From IMG/VR virus record IMGVR_UViG_3300032307_000452, positions 1-53,266 of that record: 53,266 nt of DNA; one strand, given 5' to 3'. How positions within the stretch are numbered: the stretch's first letter is position 1; each line of letters opens with the position of its first letter. A program made the position numbers and the translations under genes. The DNA comes from a virus. Its lineage: Duplodnaviria > Caudoviricetes. This document shows positions 27,601 to 35,233 of the stretch, piece after piece. The notes under the pieces are model-generated. The model was not told the origin of the DNA. It saw nothing but the letters and a program-made list of their open reading frames with translations, and did no database searches.

Positions 27601-29024
27601 GATTCTTCAGCTTTGAAATTTGCAGTTATTTGATTTTTTTGTAATAAAGAATTATCAGATGTTACAGTTACAATATTTTTTTCTACTTGAACAATTGTAG
27701 GAGAACCATTAACACTACTGTTTTTAGAACCACTTAAAAATGCTCTTATATAATTATTTGGATTTACAGCACTAGTTCCAATACGTGTATTAAACGTAAG
27801 TGTATATTCTATATTTTTAGTAACACCTAAAGAAGCTGTTGTGTGGAAGTAATTAGAATCAATACTATCTAATTTTACTGAATTATATAAATAATTTTGA
27901 TTAAATGCAGTTGTAATATTATTTGATGCAGTAATCCAATAATTTTTAAAATTACTTGTATCAAAAATACCATAAAATTCTTCATTTTTTACTTGAGATT
28001 CCAAATCCCTAAGTATTTCATTTGATTCAAGTCTTATTTCTTGAATAAATTGATAATCTGCTAAATCCGATTGTGATTTTCTAAATATTTTTACCCTAGA
28101 AACATCTCCAACAAATGTAGTTAAATCGGAAAGTACAATTTTAGCAAATGAACCAGTCAATGCTGTTTTTAAATTGTTTACACCTTCTATATAATTAAAT
28201 GAGGCAGTATATCCTTCATCTAAAAAGTTTGCAACAATTGATGAACCAAGTGATGATGCTTCGGTATATGGATTTCTAACTAATACCTGTTTATTGTTTA
28301 TTACACTATCAACTACTGCATTATATCCTAATGCTGGTACATTAATACTATTACCAACTATTGAACCAGTCCAATTTGTTGAATCTTCAATTTCTAATAA
28401 ATACGTTGTTGGTGCATTGTAATCATTTATGGATTCTCCAAGCCTTGGTGCTTGTGCTTGACCACTTAATGAACCTGTTTGTACAACAATAGTTGTTACA
28501 TTATTAAAAATAGGTTTTACTATTTCGGTTATGGTAACTTCAGGTCTTCTGTAAAATCTTACTTTATCTTCATTTGATAATAATCTGTTTACTTTAAATT
28601 CCTTTTCCCATTTAACGTTGTAAACGTTTTTCCATTCTTCTGGTATTGGTAGTACTACACCACCTTCATCAATATAGGTTTTTAATTCACCTAATACCGT
28701 TATTTTAGCAGTACCAATTGGAGTATCTTCATAAACATAAACAGCAACTAATTTTGATGTACCTTCATAATATTCAGGAACACCATTACCTGGCTCATAA
28801 TAAATTGGATTGCCATTAACATCTAATATTTGAATCTTTATTTCAGTAGATTCCATAAGATGCTCCGAACCTTCAATCAAAAACCCATTTTTACCACCAG
28901 TGAATGTATCTTTAAATTCAGTTATTTTAAAATATGTTGAATTTGGATTAGTATCCACCAAAAATGTGCCAAACGATGTAAGTGGTTGGGTAAGATTTTC
29001 TGCGAATTTTTTTATTATTGCCAT
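21681..29024 (-). CDS. Giant tail fibre/spike with C-terminal peptidase S74 intramolecular chaperone
   Basis: 2447 aa, beta-rich and S/T/G-rich. Fibre-type segments (ISGQINATGGSIGSW). C-terminal TSARRYKEEI...IGIIAEEL...LWKAVQELSQKVNQLE. Confidence 0.85.
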   Translation of the reverse strand: MAIIKKFAENLTQPLTSFGTFLVDTNPNSTYFKITEFKDTFTGGKNGFLIEGSEHLMESTEIKIQILDVNGNPIYYEPGNGVPEYYEGTSKLVAVYVYEDTPIGTAKITVLGELKTYIDEGGVVLPIPEEWKNVYNVKWEKEFKVNRLLSNEDKVRFYRRPEVTITEIVKPIFNNVTTIVVQTGSLSGQAQAPRLGESINDYNAPTTYLLEIEDSTNWTGSIVGNSINVPALGYNAVVDSVINNKQVLVRNPYTEASSLGSSIVANFLDEGYTASFNYIEGVNNLKTALTGSFAKIVLSDLTTFVGDVSRVKIFRKSQSDLADYQFIQEIRLESNEILRDLESQVKNEEFYGIFDTSNFKNYWITASNNITTAFNQNYLYNSVKLDSIDSNYFHTTASLGVTKNIEYTLTFNTRIGTSAVNPNNYIRAFLSGSKNSSVNGSPTIVQVEKNIVTVTSDNSLLQKNQITANFKAEESNNTKLYFEVKGNDWYISDVSLRASQETAYSPDEITFIQTVPRTLPEETFDYRFEFYDINNNYIPVLVEESKTFNGGNIQRIQKGLVFTPRSLQFQFDSGSQPVPPTVVGFTVTKNLLTGSVTYTSQSFDFDGNELSGSDYTASFTGQRYPGLLSDITSDAPTMTVGNFTGSRTDKTVQLIKITGEVEGFTDTIIFSRVLDGFGGVNYLIRPYRGTQIRNSSTASLELQAVRIDGVNDIELSSTTKPEKGWPDKQLHIISRSADGAEKFVNLEYASSSRYIYGLSTGSLGSGEINYNATFNRDSIDFRRTIYLISSQSAASGPAYLTSGSVVASIILEDLQDGLDSGIITYNVDSFTINPRTEKTFRPSFAFATASFAKRGTAASEIESVTASFQVYPSMSINKDWVPEYWMYYHTQSLHPTITVSATDENKNIIPSQVISGNVRSALNQTKTLTLAFTYTEPWTSASVTIDKTFTIVPEGKQGDESIVFEVNPIAVTLGANSRGIVNDYVPSITDIKLKQGSRYLAFSSSAGVLDNLDTHGTFYIATSSIIENRVKAGNVHFTSSFGTPYTASLIVSASSNMTDLSGSIEYPLIIHPYYTSSIYTASVIVNYTKVLEGPPPIQILITPQNATLTADEVGFVTPVGYAPTNTTIQVKEGEDFLRFTTQSIAPGTWRINSIETRGGSIWNIRTGSLSSSSLSTATINYNRFDYPYVSASAVYTIQVYPFALGSGHEYTSSIYTRTQTFTKNVSVPNARTVELKANPYTINYDRDGYRVSPEGDVELKATAFNTTGSAWFSLFFVDTDGSETLYDGPYFEGAGITEKVFFIPGTDAAGPEENKTWKVKITDGNPYTSSILNPYRAEGQLTIAGIKAGADAYKIAATNENTSIKAELFDTDLSGTSIKLPTYKGTTSLINVTTGNYPAPQDTDYDYLQNLIGILGYSSASIFYKSPWISLPTNRVTTTPAGMADISGWEKPAINKTGEIVYKIDFEGYSNQVATDFISRPPSRQTQFITQSFAVQFTEPAPYDVKMQNENSSVVYRVSGEVELGTTSNIIRAYRGTYELTNKPSGFTGVQIDAYGSSSYEYQYQVEVTSKPNYVHLDNDNIIVGSKLTGSPASMPGITAWDDPETNTTAEIVYAINCEGRQTFFKTQSLSVQFEGAVGPGIVMRGEWSPTINYIGQVETTNNRRDAVTYLATQDTVKYYAAISGSGPATYDQNGVLVNYHAPTVDGTNDWWEYLGDQEFFVAAKIAIFEESYVKNTINVGTKDGTGAFANIVISGGRPDPYIAIGQSATVGTSGTSGTTLNPGGAVIGYERPGIFLGIYEAGASGTTGRFSIVNTGGDRYLKWDGSALEIAGNIRIKNVATARDGGKIGAFDNGDDHNDGTVGGWELAGDAIYSGTKNTSGFNAGAGITLAAVGSIHSKNFYIDTSGNAFFKGDISGANGSFAGNISAATGTFTDTVTVGTSPAVAISLTADANGTGSLIGPNFSLGASGLVVSNATISGQINATGGSIGSWTVENNILRDASSRIFLDPSLPGIAIRESGETRLKVNFGELTDLAGTGINLSSDAVSAYDSSPSLPNALDEVWESSGQTINVSAGTYTDSSVSWPSVYSVIQAFNAEGYANIYWGYRIYDSTSTTILQEVTVAADYWNGGFDESYANFYGYVGSFQFSAPNPSATDYVFKLFVKIQGYQYSLGSGYSFAVNAYIPTPAIVAATNVNVVELTNKGIQIATSQNRFIRLRREDSASIPILNGKGFITLEGDTANTTIQLTGTSGGTAIDIASGAGKLVTNGNNIEMGTGQFSWNTATGSPGYITTYNDGGLRPAVILTNVSGPGGGTIRGMEISLSTWRVGRNTSARRYKEEIENWEHPSVLDCINNVPIRTYYWKVDKDAEVRPQQIGIIAEELEAGGFEEFVDYDWFEDPENPEGPKQWMTSGIAKTELVFVLWKAVQELSQKVNQLEAQISGSL

Positions 29025-29047
29025 AGTTTTGCGTATATTATTCTATG

Positions 29048-29112
29048 ATAAATATTTACATAATTTTTTTATGTTGATATTTATTTTAGAATTCTAAAGA
29101 AAACTAAAGAAA
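29048..29112. promoter_or_regulatory. Divergent promoter region with candidate operator
   Basis: ATATTTAT on minus (29048-29055) and on plus (29077-29084). Perfect palindrome TTTAGAATTCTAAA at 29085-29098. CTAAAGAAA direct repeats at 29094 and 29104. Confidence 0.6.
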
Positions 29113-29116
29113 CGTT

Positions 29117-29290
29117 ATGAAGAAATATGCAATGATACAAATTGATGCGGATGTGCATCAGATGTTAAAAGAATTTTGTAAAGATAAAGGATATAAAATA
29201 AGCGGATTAATTGAAACGCTTATAAAAGAAAAGGTGGAGTCCTCAAAGAAGACCCCACCCAAAAATATACTACCAGTTGTTAAAAATTAA
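29117..29290 (+). CDS. Ribbon-helix-helix (CopG/Arc-like) DNA-binding protein, 57 aa
   Basis: Below the ORF-track cutoff. Hand translation MKKYAMIQIDADVHQMLKEFCKDKGYKISGLIETLIKEKVESSKKTPPKNILPVVKN fits a strand-helix-G-x-x-x-S-helix pattern. Confidence 0.75.
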   Translation: MKKYAMIQIDADVHQMLKEFCKDKGYKISGLIETLIKEKVESSKKTPPKNILPVVKN

Positions 29291-32200
29291 TCTTAGAGAA
29301 ACCATCTACTTTCTTAATTTCAATAAGACCATCCACAATATCTCTCATTTGTTCTAAGTGAGAAATTACCCAAATAAAATCAAATTGAGTTTTAAGATAT
29401 TGCATCATCATAAATAAAGATGATAGGTTATCTGCATCCAATGTACCAAATCCTTCATCGATTACTAAGAAGTTTGGTCTAGGTAGGTTACAAATGTTAA
29501 TTAGAGCCACTCTAATCGCTAATCCACTAATGAACTTCTCCATACCACTACACATCTCTAAAGCCCATTCCTGGTCTTCGTAAACGATTCTAGCGTTAAT
29601 GTTCTTTCCATCAGTATCCATTGAGATTGAGAAATCAACTACCTGTCCCAATATGTTGTTCACTTCATTTTCAATTGCTGGAAGTGCTTTAGATATTAAT
29701 TCGTAAGGTACTCCATCTTTCTTAACTGCATCTAAGTAGAATGTATATAATTGATTTTTAGTTTCCAATTCCTTTACTTCTTCCATCTTAGCCTTCATAT
29801 TGTCAATGTAGGTTTTTGTTGCACCTACATCTGACATTAATTTCAACATAAGTTTGTTTACATCTGATATTTGGGTTTCCACACCTTGCTTTAATCTACG
29901 AACATTTTGAATTTGGATATCTAATGCCTGATTTTTAGTGATTGTTTCTTCGTTATCATTGTATCTTTGAATATCAGCGTTTACACTATCTCTTTGAGTT
30001 TGTAATAATTCAATTTTAGAATCTGCTGTTCTGATGTCTCCTTCTAATCTTTCTCTAACTACAATCAATCTCTTATGTTCATCATTCCACTCTTTCCATT
30101 GAAGGAATTGTTCTTCAATACCTTCCCAAGAATCTAAAGTTTGTTGGATACCCACACATTGAATAGTTGCATTTTCAACAAACCTTTTTAGTTCAGGTAA
30201 TGCTTCTTTTGCTCTCATTGCATCTTTAACAAACTCATTATCACAACAAAATTTACAATTTGGGTCATATTCATGTTTATCCAAATGGTTAATTTTTTCT
30301 TCAGCAGAAGTCAATTGAGATTTTAATGTTGAATACACTTTCTCTGCTTCAATTAAACTCTTTTGCTCTCTCTGATAATTAGAATATGCAACATCTATAC
30401 CTATATCGTTTATAGTAGCTTTAGAATCAATCGTTTCCTTAGCCTTTCTAACCAATTCAGTTGCTTCGGTAAGTTTTTGTGTTTTAACAACCTTAGAATC
30501 TTCCCAAGTACTTAATTCACTATCAATCTTTGTTAGTTTACGATTTAATTCATCAATATCTAAATTACCTTGAATTGGAACTATTTGTTGAGATAATCCT
30601 ACTATTTGTTCTTCCAAATCACTCTTACGATTTTCTAATTCCGTTTTTTCAGAATCCAATTCACCATACTCAATCTTCTTCTCATTCAAGTCGGTTTCTT
30701 TTTGGGCTAATTCTGTCGTAAAATCAGTACGCTTGAAATTTCTGATAAGAGCGTTCACATCTTTTATGTCATTCGTTGCCGTTTCATACAACTTATCAAA
30801 CATATCCAATCCCATAAATTGAGCAAGGAGGTCTTTCCTTTCCGATTGTGATTTATCAATGAATAAGGCATTGTTTCCTTGCAAACTTAAAGCTGTCATT
30901 ACGAAATCCTCATAACGGCCAACGTATTGTTCGATGATTTGATTTGTATCCCTTCTTTCCGTTCCATTTAGTGATTCCCTTCCACTATCACCATCTCTCC
31001 AAAAGTCCACATCCACTTTTACGTTTCTTCCCTTATTAATAGTTCTACCTTCTCTACGGATGTGATACAACACACCATCAATAGTGAAATCTAATTGGCA
31101 ATGGAAATCCTGCTTCCTATTATTCATAATTGCAGCTGCTTTGTATGCTCTACTACATTTATCAAATAAACAAAATGAGATTGCATCAAATAGACTGGAT
31201 TTACCTTGTGCGTTTGGTGCGAATAATCCCATCAGTCCGTTTACCTTATCAAACTTAATGATATTATCTTCACCATAGCTGAACATATTAGAGAAGTCAA
31301 ACTTTACAGGCTTCCAGCTAATATTTCTTTGTAGTTCCGATGGTTGTACTCTACTATTAATGTCACGATTGATTTTCTCTATCCCAGCTAAGTCCTCCTT
31401 TGTAACGAATGGTAGCATACGTTCAATATACTCCCCTATTAAAGAGTTTTGATGGTTTATATCACCCACACTATCTACTTCCAGCCTTGCTTCTCTATCG
31501 TTGGTTTTTTTGGTATTGAATGTATCCGTTCTAATAATTGTAAAATCATCTACACCATATTTTGCCGTAATATCAGCCATCATCCTCTTAGTATCTGCGG
31601 TATCCGTATTCTTTACCCTCACTCTCAAACGAGGGTATAACGGCATATCAGTTACATCGGGTACAATACCACCATCAACATCTAAAGTGTAATATCCATA
31701 ATCGTTTTTGATATCAACTTCTTCGTAAGTCATTGTATCCAAATCCCAAACTAAGAATCCGTGCTTATCAAGGGTTTCACCAAAGTTTTGTTGTACTAAA
31801 GAACCAGCATATACCACCTTACATCCGCTTGACGATATCATCTCTTGTCTTTTATGGATATCTCCCAATAGAGCTAAATCGTATCCATCAAATATATCAG
31901 TTGTAAAGTGTCTACTACTAACTACATACCCTACATCGGTTGTAGAGTTATCAACAGGTCCGTGAAATAGTGCAATCTTTTTGTTTCCAAATAAAGTATT
32001 TGCTTTAGGCCAATTATCTTTGTTATCAAATATACTGAATACTGCAAAATCAACATCTCCAATTGCATAAACCTGTGTATCTCTTAGGTATGTTAAGTTT
32101 GGTAGTTTTAATGCCTCTACAATTGGAGTAAGTACATCCAATCTATCGGCATTATTCATATTACAATCGTGATTACCAGCAATCATAATAGTTTCACAAT

Positions 32201-32426
32201 GGTTTGTACATTCTGTCAACAGCCAACTAATCTCTTTCACCAATTCAGGACTCATTTCCAACTTAGCATGTGCAATATCACCTGCTAAATAAATAATTGA
32301 ATCTTCCGTTCCTCTTTTCTTAATTTCATCAAACATAGCATAGAATACTTCTCTAAACTCTTTATGTCTTTTGATGTTACGGATGTGTATATCCGCAATG
32401 TGATAAATCCTTTTTAATTTACTCAT
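29280..32426 (-). CDS. Fused Mre11/SbcD nuclease - Rad50/SbcC ATPase (gp47-gp46 fusion)
   Basis: Phosphoesterase motifs ADIH, AGD, GNHD, FHG, GDIH. Walker A APNAQGKSS, coiled coil with CKFC zinc hook, signature CSGME, Walker B LVIDEG, ISH. Confidence 0.93.
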   Translation of the reverse strand: MSKLKRIYHIADIHIRNIKRHKEFREVFYAMFDEIKKRGTEDSIIYLAGDIAHAKLEMSPELVKEISWLLTECTNHCETIMIAGNHDCNMNNADRLDVLTPIVEALKLPNLTYLRDTQVYAIGDVDFAVFSIFDNKDNWPKANTLFGNKKIALFHGPVDNSTTDVGYVVSSRHFTTDIFDGYDLALLGDIHKRQEMISSSGCKVVYAGSLVQQNFGETLDKHGFLVWDLDTMTYEEVDIKNDYGYYTLDVDGGIVPDVTDMPLYPRLRVRVKNTDTADTKRMMADITAKYGVDDFTIIRTDTFNTKKTNDREARLEVDSVGDINHQNSLIGEYIERMLPFVTKEDLAGIEKINRDINSRVQPSELQRNISWKPVKFDFSNMFSYGEDNIIKFDKVNGLMGLFAPNAQGKSSLFDAISFCLFDKCSRAYKAAAIMNNRKQDFHCQLDFTIDGVLYHIRREGRTINKGRNVKVDVDFWRDGDSGRESLNGTERRDTNQIIEQYVGRYEDFVMTALSLQGNNALFIDKSQSERKDLLAQFMGLDMFDKLYETATNDIKDVNALIRNFKRTDFTTELAQKETDLNEKKIEYGELDSEKTELENRKSDLEEQIVGLSQQIVPIQGNLDIDELNRKLTKIDSELSTWEDSKVVKTQKLTEATELVRKAKETIDSKATINDIGIDVAYSNYQREQKSLIEAEKVYSTLKSQLTSAEEKINHLDKHEYDPNCKFCCDNEFVKDAMRAKEALPELKRFVENATIQCVGIQQTLDSWEGIEEQFLQWKEWNDEHKRLIVVRERLEGDIRTADSKIELLQTQRDSVNADIQRYNDNEETITKNQALDIQIQNVRRLKQGVETQISDVNKLMLKLMSDVGATKTYIDNMKAKMEEVKELETKNQLYTFYLDAVKKDGVPYELISKALPAIENEVNNILGQVVDFSISMDTDGKNINARIVYEDQEWALEMCSGMEKFISGLAIRVALINICNLPRPNFLVIDEGFGTLDADNLSSLFMMMQYLKTQFDFIWVISHLEQMRDIVDGLIEIKKVDGFSKINF

Positions 32427-33358
32427 ATATTGTTTAGTTTCGAAAGTACTAAATCATCCCATCCGGTTTCTTTAGCATCTTTCAATAGTTCGTTTACTTT
32501 TTTAAATCCCATTTCACCAGCATCTTTATCAGTTGGTATAATATTTCTTACCTTTATTCCGTTCTTTAAAAACCATTCGGTGTGTTTAGTAGAATCATCT
32601 AACGCATCAGAGTCTAACATAATAGTTACTTCCTTAACACCATTCTCCATAATTTTGTTTTTCAATTTGCTAAGTAAGAATTTACCCAACAATGGAATTA
32701 CATTTCTCTTTACTGAAAATGAATCGAATACACCCTCTACTAATGTGATAGGTTCTTTCCAATTGATTTGATTTTCAAATACAATTACATCCCTACTAAC
32801 AGGTGGATTCTTATATTTCATCTTTTCATCTTGATAAAAAGAACGAGCTACAAAATAATTCAATTCACCATTTTCATCATACGATGGAATAATAACTCTA
32901 CCACCATATAATCCATCTTCACAATATCCGATATTATACTTTACAATATCGGCTTGAGTAATACCTCTTTGAGAAAGATAGTACATAGCTTGATTGTAGT
33001 ATGGATTTGTACGATTTGGTTTAAAATGTAATTGTTTGAATTCCTTTGGTAATTGTAACTTTGCTACAAACTCCTCCTTTGAATCATATTCAGGCTCATC
33101 CCCATATATATCTTTAACCTTTGATAGGTCTCTTAAATCTACATTTAGTTTACGAAGAAGTGATGCTATACTTCTACCTTTAGAATCACATACCCAACAA
33201 TGCCATCTTTGAGTATCTAAATTGATTTGGAGTTTCTTTTTATGGTGATTACAAAATGGACAATGATGTGCCTGCTCATTTCCTTTTAGAGATGAACCCA
33301 CACCCAACGCAGTGTCTAATATTGTAATTATTTGTAATTTGTTTCTACCAGATAGCAT
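32423..33358 (-). CDS. DNA primase (zinc finger + TOPRIM)
   Basis: CPFC...HCWVC zinc finger, RVIIP, YFVARS, KYKNP, VEGVFD, LDSDA, KDAGE. Confidence 0.92.
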   Translation of the reverse strand: MLSGRNKLQIITILDTALGVGSSLKGNEQAHHCPFCNHHKKKLQINLDTQRWHCWVCDSKGRSIASLLRKLNVDLRDLSKVKDIYGDEPEYDSKEEFVAKLQLPKEFKQLHFKPNRTNPYYNQAMYYLSQRGITQADIVKYNIGYCEDGLYGGRVIIPSYDENGELNYFVARSFYQDEKMKYKNPPVSRDVIVFENQINWKEPITLVEGVFDSFSVKRNVIPLLGKFLLSKLKNKIMENGVKEVTIMLDSDALDDSTKHTEWFLKNGIKVRNIIPTDKDAGEMGFKKVNELLKDAKETGWDDLVLSKLNNI

Positions 33359-33376
33359 AATTTAGATATTCGTACA

Positions 33377-33408
33377 CAAATATACGAAAATTATCTGATA
33401 TAACCAAA
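33377..33408 (-). promoter_or_regulatory. Bacteroidota sigma70-type promoter for primase/recombination genes
   Basis: TTTG-N20-TATATTTG. Confidence 0.75.
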
Positions 33409-33409
33409 C

Positions 33410-33610
33410 CTAGTAGTTAGAATTTTTACAATCGTATAAAAAATCTGCTAAGAATTGTAATTTGTTAGCTATTTGTTCTCTTGGTATATTACCATTTACC
33501 ATTCCTTTTAAATCTACTAGAGAAGCTGCTGCTATCGATAATGCATCATCTTTTGAATTAAGATATGCTTCGGAGATTCCGTACTTTTTTGCGATTTCAG
33601 GTATTGTCAT
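33410..33610 (-). CDS. Small hypothetical protein (HTH-like N-terminus)
   Basis: MTIPEIAKKYGISEAYL. Fits the gap tightly. Confidence 0.65.
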   Translation of the reverse strand: MTIPEIAKKYGISEAYLNSKDDALSIAAASLVDLKGMVNGNIPREQIANKLQFLADFLYDCKNSNY

Positions 33611-33614
33611 AACT

Positions 33615-34025
33615 TTAGTTTATAATATCCCTACGGAAGAACTTTCCCATAAGGTTTTCGTTTATTGCTTGTTCATTGGCAAGTACATCGTAATGAAACT
33701 GCCATTTAATTTCGTAATATGATAAGGATTTCTTTGAGAAGCAGAATTGAATGATTTCTCTTTCAAAATGTTCAGCGTTTCCAGCTTTAACTTCTGATTT
33801 AATCCATTCGTTTGATGAATAGTACTTCTCCCAATCGGATGCTTTCTTAACAACCCGTCTACGAGTCTTTCCCTTAAGGGGTTTTAATCTTCGAGTTTGT
33901 GTAAGTTGCTTTTTACCTATATAGAATTTCCCAGTTGGTATATGTATCATTTTATAGACAAACCCAACCGCACCTTCAGGTGTGTTTTCTTCTGTAACAA
34001 TATTTCCATTAAATTTCCAGCTCAC
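33615..34025 (-). CDS. GIY-YIG nuclease family protein (stand-alone, Seg-like)
   Basis: GFVYKMIHIPTGKFYIGKK...WEKYYSS...FEREI...YYE...N. Confidence 0.85.
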   Translation of the reverse strand: MSWKFNGNIVTEENTPEGAVGFVYKMIHIPTGKFYIGKKQLTQTRRLKPLKGKTRRRVVKKASDWEKYYSSNEWIKSEVKAGNAEHFEREIIQFCFSKKSLSYYEIKWQFHYDVLANEQAINENLMGKFFRRDIIN

Positions 34026-34256
34026 TTATTTATTTTTTGCAGTATTAACCGAATCTGCGTATTTTTTAGATGGGTTGAATCCTCCAGTTGTGTTTCCCAA
34101 CTGTCCACCTCTTGGTTTTGATAAATCAGTTTTCATCAAATCCTTTGAATTTTGGAATGGTTGTTCTATACCAATCGGAGTTTTATCGATACCCTTAGTA
34201 TTCGCTTGAGAATCTTTTGGTTTTTTAGTTAATAATAATTCTACTATTTTAGACAT
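34026..34256 (-). CDS. Small basic hypothetical protein
   Basis: 76-aa ORF with the late-type motif upstream. Confidence 0.65.
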   Translation of the reverse strand: MSKIVELLLTKKPKDSQANTKGIDKTPIGIEQPFQNSKDLMKTDLSKPRGGQLGNTTGGFNPSKKYADSVNTAKNK

Positions 34257-34279
34257 TTTTCTTAGTTATTTAATTACCT

Positions 34280-34287
34280 ATAAATAT
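34280..34287 (-). promoter_or_regulatory. Putative late promoter core ATATTTAT
   Basis: Recurrent intergenic octamer. Confidence 0.55.
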
Positions 34288-34291
34288 AACA

Positions 34292-35149
34292 CTATGTATC
34301 GAAACGAATAATAAAGTTTACTGGATAGTCTGGTAATGACTTTATTGGTTGTGGTAATTTTGCCACAGCAACCATATTTAATTCGTCATCATATAATCCT
34401 ATTGTTGTGATATATGGTGCTAAATATGAACCAGTTCTATCCAACGATGAACTATATTCATAATCAGCAAACCCACCTGTTTTTGTTGGGTCTAAAGAAG
34501 AAGTAATTGTGTGTAATTTTATCTTACCGTAATCAGACCCATTAAACTCAACCGCAGATGGGTTTTGTGATACATTAAATTCATTTTCTAAAACTGAAAT
34601 AAAAATTTCATTTTCATATATGGTTTTTGTAGAACGATAATTTAATGTAAATTGATTTAAAACAGAACCACTAACTACATCTTTTGTTACAACAACCAAA
34701 CCTCTATCATAGAATATATTACCTTTTATATTACTACCAGAATCTAATAAATTAGAGTATCCATCATCTCTATATGTTCTGCTCAATGTCTCATCTTCTA
34801 AAATAACTGTACCTACCTTTATACCTTCTCCATAATATTGTTGTGGAATTGAAATTATAGCCATTTCATTTTCCAAAACTCTTTCATCGGTAGATGCATA
34901 AGACTTTCTTAAACCAACTTCAAATAAAGCAGATGCTGTTGCTGGGTTTGTGTAAAATTGTGCTTTAATTGATTCGTAAATTACTTTTTTATTAAATCCT
35001 TGACTTTTAGCATCAGAATCTACATCAATAAAAGTATTATTTGGGTTTTCACCAAAAATAGGAAATATATCATTTTCATCCAAAGTCCATTCTTTATAAA
35101 CTTTAATTGGTCTTGTTATAATATCCGATTTAGAAATTTCCTTTAACAT
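34292..35149 (-). CDS. Virion structural protein (paralog of 35234..36472)
   Basis: GNIFYDRGLVVV, NEFNVSQNPS, YITTIGLYDDELNMVAVAKLPQPIKS. Confidence 0.7.
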   Translation of the reverse strand: MLKEISKSDIITRPIKVYKEWTLDENDIFPIFGENPNNTFIDVDSDAKSQGFNKKVIYESIKAQFYTNPATASALFEVGLRKSYASTDERVLENEMAIISIPQQYYGEGIKVGTVILEDETLSRTYRDDGYSNLLDSGSNIKGNIFYDRGLVVVTKDVVSGSVLNQFTLNYRSTKTIYENEIFISVLENEFNVSQNPSAVEFNGSDYGKIKLHTITSSLDPTKTGGFADYEYSSSLDRTGSYLAPYITTIGLYDDELNMVAVAKLPQPIKSLPDYPVNFIIRFDT

Positions 35150-35166
35150 CTAAGTTTTGATTTTAT

Positions 35167-35174
35167 ATAAATAT
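35167..35174 (-). promoter_or_regulatory. Putative late promoter core ATATTTAT
   Basis: Immediately downstream of the terminator. Confidence 0.55.
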
Positions 35175-35180
35175 TCTTTA

Positions 35181-35210
35181 AATAAAAAACCCCCATTATA
35201 TGTGGGGGTC
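35181..35210 (-). terminator. Rho-independent terminator
   Basis: Minus strand ACCCCCA-CATATAA-TGGGGGT followed by TTTTTATTT, after the stop at 35234. Confidence 0.85.
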
Positions 35211-35233
35211 TTTCATATTATATTATTTTCTAA

